A stretch of DNA of 48,201 nucleotides from Kofleriaceae bacterium (GCA_046597055.1 JBKJLC010000134.1:1-48201); one strand, 5' to 3'. Shown: positions 1-13,373, numbered from the stretch's first letter. A program made the numbers and translations. Notes: generated by a model from the letters alone, not told the origin.

Positions 1-1
1 G

Positions 2-1525
2 ACCTTCACCTACGTGGTGGGCGCCGGCCAGGCGTCCACCGACCTCGACTACGACGCCACCACCGCGTTGAACCTGAGCGGAGGGACGATCAAGGACGGG
101 CTCGGCAACAACGCGACCCTGGTGCTGCCCATCCCGGGCGCGCCCGGATCGCTCGGGGCCAACAAGGCGATCGTGATCGACGCGGTGCGCCCGGTGATCT
201 CGACCATCACCGGGACCGCCGCCTTTGCCGCATCGACCAGCGCGTCGCTCTCGTATGCGGTCACCGACGTCCACCCGGGCGTCACCAGCTGCGCGCAGAC
301 GGTTGGCACCGGCACCCAGGGCAGCTGCACCAACACCGGTGTCAGCTACACCGGCCTCAGCCAGGGCGCGCACACCGTCACCATCACCCACACCGACACC
401 GCCGGGAATACCGGCACCCAGACCTTCTCGTGGACGGTGGATACCGTCGCGCCGGTGGTCTCGGCGGTCAGCGGGCCGGCGTCGCCGTCGACCGCGACCG
501 ACGCCACGCTCCGCTACAGCGTCGTGGACGCGAACCCCAGCGCGACGTCGACCTGCTCGCAGACCGCGGGCACCGGCACGCAAACCTCCTGCACCAACAC
601 GTCGGCCACGTACACCGGCCTGAGCACCGGCACCCACACGATCCGCATTACGCACACCGACCGGGCCGGGAATGCTTCGGTCGCGGCGACCTACACGTGG
701 ACGGTGTGTCCGGAGACCACGGTCGCATTCACGACCGCCACCACCGGCACGACCTTCACCGTGCCGACCTGCGCCACCACGATGGACATCTACGCCTGGG
801 GTGCCGGCGGTGGCGGCTCCGTCGACGCTGGCGGCGCCGGCGGCTTCGCGGGCGGACGGCTCGCGGTCAGTCCTGGCCAGACGTTCCAGATCGCGGTCGG
901 CGGCGGCGGCGGCGCGAGCAACAACACCACCGGCGGCGCTGGAGGCACCGGCGGCGGCGGCACGGGCGCGCCCGCCACGGCCGGCTTCTCCGGCGGCGGC
1001 GGCGGTGGTTGGAGCGGCGTCTCCTCGGCGACCGGCTACGTGATCATCGCCGGCGGCGGCGGCGGCTCTGGCGGCGGATCACCTCTCGGACCCACCGGCG
1101 GCGGTGGCGGTGGAGGTGGGGCCGACGGCTTCGGCGGTGGCGATACCTTTGCCGGTGGCGGCGGTAGCCAGACCGCTGGCGGCAGCGGCGGCGTCCCGCA
1201 TGTTGGCGCGCCCGGTACGGCCGGCGGGTCGCTCCAAGGCGGCAATGGCGGCGGTGGGCCCAGCCCCCCTCGTGGTGGTGGTGGCGGTGGTGGCGGCCTA
1301 TTCGGCGGCGGCGGCGGCGCTGGCGGCTCTGGGTCGCGCGCACCCGCCGGCAACGGCGGCGGCGGCAGCGGCTTCTTTGCGACCTCGGTGACGAACGGCC
1401 GGACCGTGGCCGCCTCCAACCCGAATCCGGGCAATCCCAATAGCCCGTACGTGAGCCCCGCCGGGCGCGGGGGTGCCAGCAACCAGGCCGGCAACGCCGG
1501 GCTCGTGGTGCTGATCATTCGCTAG
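2..1525 (+). CDS. Large surface/adhesin-like protein, C-terminal part (Ig-like repeats plus C-terminal glycine-rich domain); 5' end lies outside the window
   Basis: Frame is open from base 2 (TFTYVVG...). It has an adhesin-type repeat (DLDY...LSGGTIKD.LGNNA.L.LP), two Cys-paired Ig-like repeats ending THTDxAGN...WTV, and a Gly-rich domain (TFTVP...AWGAGGGG...IIAGGGGG...GNAGLVVLII). Confidence 0.8.
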   Translation, partial: TFTYVVGAGQASTDLDYDATTALNLSGGTIKDGLGNNATLVLPIPGAPGSLGANKAIVIDAVRPVISTITGTAAFAASTSASLSYAVTDVHPGVTSCAQTVGTGTQGSCTNTGVSYTGLSQGAHTVTITHTDTAGNTGTQTFSWTVDTVAPVVSAVSGPASPSTATDATLRYSVVDANPSATSTCSQTAGTGTQTSCTNTSATYTGLSTGTHTIRITHTDRAGNASVAATYTWTVCPETTVAFTTATTGTTFTVPTCATTMDIYAWGAGGGGSVDAGGAGGFAGGRLAVSPGQTFQIAVGGGGGASNNTTGGAGGTGGGGTGAPATAGFSGGGGGGWSGVSSATGYVIIAGGGGGSGGGSPLGPTGGGGGGGGADGFGGGDTFAGGGGSQTAGGSGGVPHVGAPGTAGGSLQGGNGGGGPSPPRGGGGGGGGLFGGGGGAGGSGSRAPAGNGGGGSGFFATSVTNGRTVAASNPNPGNPNSPYVSPAGRGGASNQAGNAGLVVLIIR

Positions 1526-1553
1526 CCGGAACAAGCCGGAACAAGGATGATCC

Positions 1554-1584
1554 GCCGGCGGTCTCGCTTGCAGGAGCCGCCGGC
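1554..1584. terminator. GC-rich hairpin between convergent genes, possible terminator
   Basis: GCCGGCGG(t)CTC...GAGCCGCCGGC inverted repeat between the stops at 1525 (+) and 1618 (-); no clear U-tract. Confidence 0.35.
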
Positions 1585-1617
1585 CACTCAGCTCAGAAAA
1601 GGGTCCGCCCTGCTCAG

Positions 1618-2790
1618 TCAGTAGCAGACCAGGCTGTCCGGGAGCGCAGGCTCACGTCCCAGACCCAGCGGCGTCGGTGTGGTCTCGGTGCCGTCGCGCC
1701 AGATCCGCAGCCCGGCGGCGCCGACAGTGCCGTCGGTCGCGACCACGTAGCCACCCGGACACGCCGCGACGTCGCGGATCGCGCCGCTCTCCGGCGTGAT
1801 CGGTGCGCTCACCGCGCCGGTCGCCAGGTCGATCGAGCGCAGGTGGCCGAACTCGTCGAACTGTGGCAGCTCGTAGCGCTGTACCGCCAGCCAGAGCTTG
1901 CCGCCGGTCGGCGCCGCGTCACCGGCGGCGACCGACCCGCCCAACGCGGCGTTGGTCGCGGCGCAGGCGCCCAAGGCCGGCGTGGCCCCGGTGCTGATCC
2001 GCTCGAGGCAACCGGTCGAGTAGTCACCAAAGGTCACCGTGGTGATGAGCAGATCGCCACCGAAGAAGCCGCCGGCCGGGGTGGCCACGAAGTGGCCGAA
2101 CGGATTGGCGTGCCTGAGCGCGAACGAGTTGGGGAGCACGGTGTCGGTGGTCGCGTCGATCACCACGATGTAGCCACGTCCGCGCGGCGCCCACGGCATG
2201 ACCGCGCGGTTCATGCGCTGACAGGCCACGAACACGCGGTTACCGACCGCGTAGGCGGTCGCGCAGTCCGGCATGCCGTCAGTGTCCATGGCGGCGGACT
2301 GCAGATCGATCCGGGTCGCGACCCGGGTGGTCCGATCGATCACGACCACGCCCTCGGTCTCGTAGGCCGGGATGTAGAGCTTGTTGCCGACCACCGCGAC
2401 ATCCTGCGGGTTCGTGCCCATGCCGGTCGAAAACTGGTCCACCAGCGCCAGGGGCTCGCCGCCGAGCACCGTGACGTTGTCGCCGCCCAATCGATTGATG
2501 ATGAATGTCTCATCGCCGATGCGGCGAATCACCGTATCCCCACCGGCGACACCGGCCAGCGCGTTGGGCGTTACGGTGCCCGCGACGACGTCGACCCGCG
2601 TCAAGCTGCCGGTGGTGCCGCTGCCGCCGACGAACAGCGCGGTCGGCATGGGAGGGCCATCGGGCGCATCGGGCCCCGGTGCGGCGTCGGGGTTGACCGA
2701 GCCGTCGACCGAGGGCCCGAAATATTCGTCCTCACCGCAGGCGGCGGTGACGGCGAGGACAGATGCGGTGAGCGCGAGGACGCGTGACAT
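1618..2790 (-). CDS. Beta-propeller lipoprotein (YncE/BtuG-like), probable cobalamin-capture partner of the upstream TonB-dependent receptor
   Basis: Lipobox TAAC, Pro/Asp linker and repeated blades (NPQDVAVVGNKLYI, AVGNRVFVAC, IVVIDATTDTV). It starts 19 bp after the receptor stop, with an AGGAG RBS. Confidence 0.7.
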   Translation of the reverse strand: MSRVLALTASVLAVTAACGEDEYFGPSVDGSVNPDAAPGPDAPDGPPMPTALFVGGSGTTGSLTRVDVVAGTVTPNALAGVAGGDTVIRRIGDETFIINRLGGDNVTVLGGEPLALVDQFSTGMGTNPQDVAVVGNKLYIPAYETEGVVVIDRTTRVATRIDLQSAAMDTDGMPDCATAYAVGNRVFVACQRMNRAVMPWAPRGRGYIVVIDATTDTVLPNSFALRHANPFGHFVATPAGGFFGGDLLITTVTFGDYSTGCLERISTGATPALGACAATNAALGGSVAAGDAAPTGGKLWLAVQRYELPQFDEFGHLRSIDLATGAVSAPITPESGAIRDVAACPGGYVVATDGTVGAAGLRIWRDGTETTPTPLGLGREPALPDSLVCY

Positions 2791-2809
2791 GAGGACTCCT
2801 GGGGCAATG

Positions 2810-4981
2810 CTAACGAGACCAGTCGAGACGGAAATAGAGGGCCCGGCCCGGCAGCGGATAGCCGGCGGCGTCGGCCACCGCGCGCGGTACCGCGGTCAGG
2901 TCGGGCCGGGGCGGCGGGTCGAGCGCGACTCGCTCGATCCGGTTGTCGCGTAGGTTCTTGAGCTCGACGGCGACGGTGAAGCCGGCGCCCAGTTCGAGCT
3001 TGGCGCCGGTCCCGTACAGCCAGCGGGCCGGGACCTCGGCGAAGTTGGCATCGTCGAGGAAGCTCCCCGACGCGTACGACGCGTCGACGAACACCGCCGC
3101 CAGGTGGCCGCGAACGACGCGGGCCAGGTCGGTCCGCGCATAGAACGAATGGAGCGGCCGACCCGGCAGCCGCTTGCCGTCGAGGCTCTGCTGCGGCGTG
3201 TGCTGGCGGGCATCGAGCAGCGTGTAGTTGGTCGTCACCGTGAGCGCGCGGGCCAGCCGGCCACTGACCACCAGCTCGGTGCCACGCTGGGTTGCCTCAC
3301 CGAGATTGGTGGGACGGGCGACGCCACCGCTGACGGTCACGAAGACGATCGCGTCCTTGGGATGCGCCCAGAACCCGGCGGCCTCGACGTATACGCGGTC
3401 GATCGGACCCCGACCGCGCGCAGGGGCCCAGACCAGGCCGGCGTCGGCGACCCAGCCGCGCTCGTTGCGCAGCCCGGGGTTGCCCACGATGAAGCCGCGG
3501 TCGCCGAACAGCTCGAGCGCGGTGGCGACCCGGGTGTAGCGCCCGCCGCTGGCCTTGAGCGCGAGATCCGACGTCACCAGCGCGCGGCCGCTCAGCCGCG
3601 GGCTGGCGAGCACGTCGGTGCGCGGCGCGGGATCGATCATGTTGCCCGCGTTGGCATCGATCAGGGGATTGCTGCGCAGCACCTCGACGCGCAGCGCCGG
3701 CTCGATCGCGACCCGGCCGCTCCAGCCGCCGAGGTCGTCCGCGATCGCCAGCGCCAGGCCGGTGCGCGAGCCGCGCGTGCGCAGCGACTCGGCCGCGACC
3801 TCGCGATCCCGGAAGTAGTCGGCGCGCACCTCGACGGCACCGGTCATCCGATGGCGACCGCGGGCCAGGGTCGCCGCCGCCTGCGCACCGCCGGCGACCG
3901 TCAGGTACCGCCGATCCTGCGCGGCCAGGCCAACCTCGTCGTCGGGATCCCGCCACGCCTGCGCCTCCACCGCCGCGTACGCGCCGGTGCGCACCACCAG
4001 GCCGTCGATCGCGGCTGGCTCGTCGAGCGTGATCGCGCCATCGGCGATGGCCCCGGTCGAGTCGAGCCGGCTCCGCGTGGCCTGGGACCAGGCCGACCCG
4101 GGCACGCCCTGGCGCTTGCCCAGGCCGCGCAGGCCGACCGCCCACCGGAGATCGCCGCGGCGGCCCGCGACCCGGGTGACGCCGTCGAGCTCGTCGTAGT
4201 CGTTGTTGGCGCGGGTCGAGACCCGGTCGTCGACCGCGATCAGGTTGGTGCCGCCGTCGTCGAAGTAGCGAAAGCCGCCGGTGGCCCCGGCGTAGCCGAG
4301 CTCGACCACGAACGCCGGGGCGCCGCCGGCCTCGGCGTCGCCCTCGCCGTAGCGCACGCGCGCGCTGCGGGCGCCGAACGAGCCGCCGCCCAGCGACACC
4401 CGCCAGCGCTCGCCGGCCGCCGACCGCCCGACCCGGGTGACCAGGTTGAGCGCGCCGCCGACGCCCGCGCCGCCGAGCTCGACCGGCACCCCGCCGCGAT
4501 ACAGCTCGATCTCGGAGAAGCCGTCGAGCTCGAACCGCGACAGATCGACCGTGGTGGTGCCGAGCCGCGACAGCGGGACGCCGTCGACCAGCACCTGGGT
4601 GTGGCCGGGCGCCGCGCCGCGCACGGCGATCGACGAGAAGCTCCCGAGCCCGCCCAGCGAGCGCGCCTCGGCGCCGACCGCCGCGCCCACCGCCTCGGCG
4701 ACGCCGCGGGTCTCGCCGGCCCGCTCGTCGACGTGGATGACCGTCACGAACGCCGGGTTGGCCAGCGCCCGCCGGCGATCGCGGGCCGCGGGATCCTCGC
4801 CGACCAGGTCGCCGACCCCGCCGCGCGGCGCGATCGCGTCGATCACGATCACCTCGTCCGCGACCACGTCGGCCGCCGGCGCTGGCGTGGGCGCTGGCGC
4901 GGCCGCTGGCGCGGGCTGGGCGCGGGCGCTCCGCGCGCTCGCGAGCGCGATGACGAGCAGAGATATCGATCGGCGTTCCAT
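2810..4981 (-). CDS. btuB: TonB-dependent receptor, BtuB-like (cobalamin)
   Basis: Signal peptide (MERRSISLLVIALASARSARA), plug motifs (SIAVRGA, VLVDGVPL, IELYRGG, GGALNLVT), NPGLRNE and C-terminal PGRALYFRLDW. It lies directly downstream of a cobalamin riboswitch. Start trimmed to ATG 4981. Confidence 0.8.
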   Translation of the reverse strand: MERRSISLLVIALASARSARAQPAPAAAPAPTPAPAADVVADEVIVIDAIAPRGGVGDLVGEDPAARDRRRALANPAFVTVIHVDERAGETRGVAEAVGAAVGAEARSLGGLGSFSSIAVRGAAPGHTQVLVDGVPLSRLGTTTVDLSRFELDGFSEIELYRGGVPVELGGAGVGGALNLVTRVGRSAAGERWRVSLGGGSFGARSARVRYGEGDAEAGGAPAFVVELGYAGATGGFRYFDDGGTNLIAVDDRVSTRANNDYDELDGVTRVAGRRGDLRWAVGLRGLGKRQGVPGSAWSQATRSRLDSTGAIADGAITLDEPAAIDGLVVRTGAYAAVEAQAWRDPDDEVGLAAQDRRYLTVAGGAQAAATLARGRHRMTGAVEVRADYFRDREVAAESLRTRGSRTGLALAIADDLGGWSGRVAIEPALRVEVLRSNPLIDANAGNMIDPAPRTDVLASPRLSGRALVTSDLALKASGGRYTRVATALELFGDRGFIVGNPGLRNERGWVADAGLVWAPARGRGPIDRVYVEAAGFWAHPKDAIVFVTVSGGVARPTNLGEATQRGTELVVSGRLARALTVTTNYTLLDARQHTPQQSLDGKRLPGRPLHSFYARTDLARVVRGHLAAVFVDASYASGSFLDDANFAEVPARWLYGTGAKLELGAGFTVAVELKNLRDNRIERVALDPPPRPDLTAVPRAVADAAGYPLPGRALYFRLDWSR

Positions 4982-5062
4982 GGTCACCCCGCGTGACGTG
5001 GCCCTTCGGCCAGGGGTGCTGGAACGGCTCGATCGAGCCGGGTCTCGCACCCGAAGGTCATG

Positions 5063-5209
5063 CGATGGGCCGGTCTCCTGACTCCCGATTCGTCCTACTT
5101 GCAGCGCCTTCCCGTTGCCGGTGGCTGGCCGTTGGCCGTGCTGGGTTCGTCCTCGGTCACAGTAGCGGGGGCTGTGCCGGATTCACACCGGCTTCCCGTT
5201 CACCCATCG
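5063..5209 (-). ncRNA. Cobalamin (B12) riboswitch
   Basis: Minus strand reads CGATGGGTGAACGGGAAGCCGGTGTGAATCCGGCACAGCCCCCGCTACTGT...CCACCGGCAACGGGAAGG...GAGTCAGGAGACCGGCCCATCG. This gives the canonical GGGAA, the P4/P5 CCGG hairpin, CCCGCnACTGT, GGGAAG and the B12 box, closed by P1 CGATGGG/CCCATCG. Confidence 0.95.
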
Positions 5210-5367
5210 TTGGCTGTTCGTCGTCAGATCTGTTCGCTGGCTCCTGTCGCTGGCGCATGGTGTAGATGCCGCTCCGGTGCGGTGTCAACGCTGAATGGCC
5301 AACCCGCGAGAACCACGGGGCTCGAACAACGGTTGACCGGTGGCGGGTCGGGCACGACCATCGCGCG

Positions 5368-5798
5368 ATGTCCGCGAAGCGCCTCGTCATTCTGGTCGTC
5401 GCGGCGCTCGGTGGCACGGCCTGCTCGGGCGAGATTGACGGCGACGGCGACGACGACGACGCGCCGACCGACTCCGACGCGAGCCTGAGCACCGATGGCC
5501 CCGGCCCCACCGGCGAGACCGGCGGCCTGGAGGGCACGACCGCCGAGCACAACCGCATCCGGGCCGAGGTCGGGGTCGGCCCGCTGACCTGGGACCCGCA
5601 GCTCGCCGCGATCGCGCAAGCCTGGGTCAGCCAGTGCCGCGACACCCAGGCGCCGATCGGCCTCATCGATCACAACCCCGATCGCGGCGACACCTACCCG
5701 ACCAGCGTCGGCGAGAACGTGTACGGCGCGGGCGGCCAGGGCGCGACCGGCGTGACCGCGACCCGCTCGTGGGAGGCCGAGTCGGACCGCCGTACTGA
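5368..5798 (+). pseudogene. CAP/SCP/PR-1 domain lipoprotein with an internal frameshifting deletion
   Basis: Lipobox GTAC and CAP motifs HNRIRA, LTWDPQLA, H, GENVY and SWEAE are present, but the GHYTQVVW half is missing. An out-of-frame CCG TAC TGA (P-Y-stop) sits at 5790-5798. The in-frame ORF runs on to 5862 into the opposite-strand gene. Confidence 0.65.
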
Positions 5799-5810
5799 CC
5801 GGCGGGCGGG

Positions 5811-6875
5811 TCACGGCTTGGTGATCGTGCGCTCCATGTCCATCACGCCGTCCGGGCCGTAGAACTGGCCGGTCATGCGCTTGCCGACCACCTCGACCAG
5901 CATGAAGCCGACCTCCTGGTCGTCCTGGTAGTGGACCGCGTTGCCGCGGTCGCGCAGGGCGGTCACCTTGGCGCCGGCGCCGGTGACGATCATCTCGGCG
6001 CCGCACAGCGCCTCGTTCTCGTCGAGCCACTGGCGGGTGTGGTCGTGCCCCGAGAAGTAGACGTCGGCGGTCCCGCACACGACGTCATCGAACCAGCTCT
6101 TGAGCTCGCCGCCGCCGATCACCGGCAGCGGGTTCGGGATGGTCACGCCGGCGAGCTCGGGCGCGTCGTAGTTGCCGGCGTTGCCGTGGCTGCCGTTGGA
6201 GCGGTAGGGATGGTGGCCGGCGACGAACGTCCAGTCAGTGCCGGCGATGTCGGCGAGCGCCGACGGATACCAGGCGCGCTGGTCGCCATGCTGGGTGTTG
6301 CTCCACAGGATGGAGTTGGTATCGAGCATGATGAAGCCGACGTTGCCGTGCTTCATCGAGTAGTGGGTCGCGGGCATCTCCCACTTGTCGGAGATCGCCG
6401 TGTACATCACCTCGACCGGGCCCTGGTCGAACTCGTTGCCGAGCCCGGGCACGTCGAACAGCAAGTTGCCGCCGTAGTCATGGTTGCCGAGCACCGCGTA
6501 GAACGGAAAGCTCAGGTTGGCGTAGGGCTGCTCGAACTTGGTCTGGAACAGGGGATCGTCGACCGTGGTCGCGCCGCGATCGTAGATGTTGTCGCCGAGC
6601 AGGATGGCGAAGTCGCAGCCACCGGCCCGCTCGCAGACCGTCTTCATCGCCGCGGCCACCGCGTACTGCTCGGGGTTGCCCTCGCCGGTATCGCCGATCG
6701 CGATGAACCGCACCGGGCGCGGCGGGGCGGCGTCGGGCGGCAGGCCACCACCAGCATCCTCGCCACCACTGTCGTCGTCCCCGACGTCGTCGTCGCCGCC
6801 GCCGGAAACGTTGCCCCCGCAGCCAGCTGCCAGTCCGAGCGTGAACACCAGCGAGACCCTGCTCCGACGCATCAT
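5811..6875 (-). CDS. Calcineurin-like metallophosphoesterase (purple acid phosphatase-like) lipoprotein
   Basis: Motifs IGDTG, LGDNIY, LGNHDY, AGHHP and SGHDH; lipobox AAGC. Confidence 0.9.
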   Translation of the reverse strand: MMRRSRVSLVFTLGLAAGCGGNVSGGGDDDVGDDDSGGEDAGGGLPPDAAPPRPVRFIAIGDTGEGNPEQYAVAAAMKTVCERAGGCDFAILLGDNIYDRGATTVDDPLFQTKFEQPYANLSFPFYAVLGNHDYGGNLLFDVPGLGNEFDQGPVEVMYTAISDKWEMPATHYSMKHGNVGFIMLDTNSILWSNTQHGDQRAWYPSALADIAGTDWTFVAGHHPYRSNGSHGNAGNYDAPELAGVTIPNPLPVIGGGELKSWFDDVVCGTADVYFSGHDHTRQWLDENEALCGAEMIVTGAGAKVTALRDRGNAVHYQDDQEVGFMLVEVVGKRMTGQFYGPDGVMDMERTITKP

Positions 6876-6957
6876 GCCGGGACGGTAGTGCGCGTCATGG
6901 CGATCTGGCCAGACCAATTTGCACGATCGGCACCCGATTTGCGCTTGGTAGGCCCGC

Positions 6958-7734
6958 TCACAACTTCATGAGCGACCGGACCGTGTCCAGCACCTGGCGC
7001 AGCCGCATCGGCTTCTCGATGAAGACGTTGGCGCCGGCCGCGAGCGCGGCCTGCCGCGCCCCCTCGCCGCCGGCCGACATCGCGATCACCGGCAGGTCGG
7101 TGAGGCCGAGGTCGTCGCGCAGCGTCTCGATCACGTGGGCACCGTCGATGATCGGCAGGTAGATGTCGATGAGCAGCGCGTCGAACGGCTCGGTCCGCAG
7201 GAGCTGCAGGGCGTCGCGGCCGTTGGTCGCCGCGCGCACGCTGTACGCGAGCCCGCCGCCGCGCCGGTTGGCATGGCCCATCCCGTTGAGGATGAACGAC
7301 GCCACGTGCGGGTTGTCCTCGACCACCAGCACCCGCACCAGCCGCGCGACCGTGCGGGGATCGCGACTACGGATGCGCTCGATCACCTCCGCCAGCCGCT
7401 GTCGGCCCTCGCCCTCCAGGAACTCGATGCCCACGCCTGGATCCTCGCCACCGCGCGACCAGCGCGAGATCCCGTCGATGTGGATCGGCTCGAGCAGCCC
7501 GGGGAACGACAGCGACAGGCGCACCACGGAGCCGGCCGGCAGCTCACGCGTGGTCGCGACAAACGTGCCGCCGGTCGAGAGGTTGTCGGTCCAGTCGCCG
7601 ATGAGCTCGTCGGCCGCCTCGTACTCGACGATCAGGGTCACGTCGGCGCGCAGATTGCGACGCTTCTCGGCGTCGGGTCGGGGATCGTCGGCCGGCGGGG
7701 GTTCGTCTGAGGGAGCCAACGGGGTCTCGCGCAA
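6958..7734 (-). CDS. PilZ (TIGR02266-like) plus response-regulator receiver fusion protein
   Basis: PilZ motifs RRNLR and NLSTGG; receiver motifs VLVVEDN, LIDIYLP, MSA and EKP. Start is uncertain (TTG 7734 or 7719; the ORF is open to 7875). Confidence 0.8.
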   Translation of the reverse strand: MRETPLAPSDEPPPADDPRPDAEKRRNLRADVTLIVEYEAADELIGDWTDNLSTGGTFVATTRELPAGSVVRLSLSFPGLLEPIHIDGISRWSRGGEDPGVGIEFLEGEGRQRLAEVIERIRSRDPRTVARLVRVLVVEDNPHVASFILNGMGHANRRGGGLAYSVRAATNGRDALQLLRTEPFDALLIDIYLPIIDGAHVIETLRDDLGLTDLPVIAMSAGGEGARQAALAAGANVFIEKPMRLRQVLDTVRSLMKL

Positions 7735-7904
7735 GTTTCCCCTGCCCCACCCCTCCAGCGCAACCGGAGAGCCGATTGCACCGCGCGCGCCAGGGTACCA
7801 GGAGACCGTACGCCATAGCTCCCCGGAAGAAGGCAGACCTCGCGCCTGACTCGTGACCCCGGACCCCGGCGTCATTGTTGACCGCTCGCTCCGCTCGCTG
7901 GGGG

Positions 7905-9458
<1,554 letters not shown>

Positions 9459-9611
9459 GCGGGGAGGCTACCATCAGGGCTGGCGGCCGCCGGGGATGCG
9501 GCCCGCGCGACGCGGCATCGGTCGGCACCCGCCAAGCAAACGTGACGCCAGCACATTCCCGAGTGGCGCTCGCTGTGTATACTCGCCAGTCGGAAGTTGG
9601 AGGCACCATCC

Positions 9612-10850
9612 ATGAAGCGCGCGCTGGTCCTCGTCGTCTCGTTTGTCTGCCTCGTCACGACCGGCGTCCTCGCGGGAGCGGCCGAGGCCAAGCCCACGGT
9701 TGCCATCCTCGGTCTCGAGGTGGTCGACGACGGCACTGGTATCGACTCCAAGGCCACCCAGTTCGCCGAGGCGATGACCGAGGCGCTGCGCCAGCGGGCG
9801 CGGGCCGGCTCCGGTCCGTTCGCGCCCGCCGCGGGGGCGAGCGACAAGAACCTGATCGAGATGAAGCTGCTCTCGGGCTGCGACAACGAAGCGACCGCCT
9901 GCATGGCGGCCATCGGCGCCGAGCTGGCGGCCGATCGGCTGCTCTACGGGAAGATCGAAAAGCGCCCCAACGGCTTCCAGGTCTCGCTCAAGCTGCTGAA
10001 TGTCGAGACGAAATCGGCCGAGCGCTCGACCAGCGAGGTCGTGCCGTACAACGAGGCGGCCGGGACCGCGCTGAGCGGCTGGGGCAAGAAGCTGTACGCC
10101 AAGATCACGGGCGCCTCCAATCAGGGCGCGCTGATCGTCAAGGCCAACGTCGACCGCGCCACCGTCTACCTCGACAAGGACGTCAAGGGCACGATCGTCG
10201 GCGGCACCGTGCGCATCGAGGGCCTGGCGGCTGGCGACTACAAGCTGATGGTCGAGGCCGAGTGCTACCTGCGCACCGAGCAGAAGGTCATCATCGAGGG
10301 TGGCAAGGATACCTCGGAGAAGATCGAGCTCGAGCGCAACATGCTCGGCGCGTGCGCGACCGGCACCGGCAAGGGCACTGGCGCCATCGGCACCGGCGGC
10401 ACTGGCCCCGGCGAGACGGGCGGCACCGGCGGCGGCAGCCGCGACGACCGCCGCATCATCACCGGCGACGTGTCGGGCGAAGAGCGGCCCGGCGGCAGTG
10501 CCCGCGCGCTGTTCTGGACCAGCACCGCGGTCGCGGCGCTTGGCGCTGGTGCCTGGGCCTACGGCTACACCGAGATCAAGGCCAACGAGGACGGCTGCCC
10601 GGTCGGTTCCGGCAGCGACTCCACCGACCCCGAGTGCAAGGCCGGCTTCCGCGGCAAGACCTTCACCCAGATCGGCATCCCGGTGACCGTCGCCGCCGGC
10701 GCGGCCGCCGCGTACTTCTTCTACAGCGGCTACATCGCCTCCAAGAAGACCGAGCGCCCGGTCGCCGTGCGCCGCCGCGGCCGCAACATGCTGGTCGCCC
10801 CGACCGTCTCGGCCACCCAGGTCGGCGGCGTCGTCCAGATCGAGTTCTGA
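9612..10850 (+). CDS. PEGA domain-containing exported protein
   Basis: GGAGG RBS, signal peptide, Cys-paired N-terminal domain, PEGA (ANVDRATVYLD...LAAGDYKL), C-terminal hydrophobic helices and a terminal aromatic strand (VQIEF). Confidence 0.75.
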   Translation: MKRALVLVVSFVCLVTTGVLAGAAEAKPTVAILGLEVVDDGTGIDSKATQFAEAMTEALRQRARAGSGPFAPAAGASDKNLIEMKLLSGCDNEATACMAAIGAELAADRLLYGKIEKRPNGFQVSLKLLNVETKSAERSTSEVVPYNEAAGTALSGWGKKLYAKITGASNQGALIVKANVDRATVYLDKDVKGTIVGGTVRIEGLAAGDYKLMVEAECYLRTEQKVIIEGGKDTSEKIELERNMLGACATGTGKGTGAIGTGGTGPGETGGTGGGSRDDRRIITGDVSGEERPGGSARALFWTSTAVAALGAGAWAYGYTEIKANEDGCPVGSGSDSTDPECKAGFRGKTFTQIGIPVTVAAGAAAAYFFYSGYIASKKTERPVAVRRRGRNMLVAPTVSATQVGGVVQIEF

Positions 10851-10944
10851 GCCTCCGGCCCTCGTCGGCCGCAGCGCACACGTCCGTTCGCCCTCGTGGG
10901 ATTGATCGGAGCGAGCTCGGTCGCCCGCGAAGCATTCCTCCGTT

Positions 10945-10987
10945 CGTCCTGAGCCGCGCACCCGCGGGGTGCGCGAGTCGAAGGACG
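10945..10987. repeat. REP-like palindromic element (CCTGAGC-hairpin-GTCGAAGG type)
   Basis: CGTCCT-GAGC-[CGCGCACCC gcg GGGTGCGCG]-A-GTCGA-AGGACG between convergent genes; related copies occur at 34708-34827. Confidence 0.55.
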
Positions 10988-11001
10988 CCCTCGGCGCCGG
11001 G

Positions 11002-13299
<2,298 letters not shown>

Positions 13300-13373
13300 G
13301 CGCGGCACCTTACCCGATCCAGCCCCGGCCGAGCCGACCGCCCCCGCGCCCCGCACCCGCCCGGTCGCCCGCG

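Noticed and set aside
1525..1546. Short direct repeat GCCGGAACAAG x2 after the first gene
   Set aside because: It is too short and isolated to support an insertion scar or a regulatory role.
6928..6943. Sigma-54-like -24/-12 motif CGGCACCCGATTTGCG
   Set aside because: The match is good, but it lies on the + strand while both flanking genes are on the - strand, so it has no sense target. Similar GG-N10-GC hits at 9524 and 16607 are too degenerate to call.
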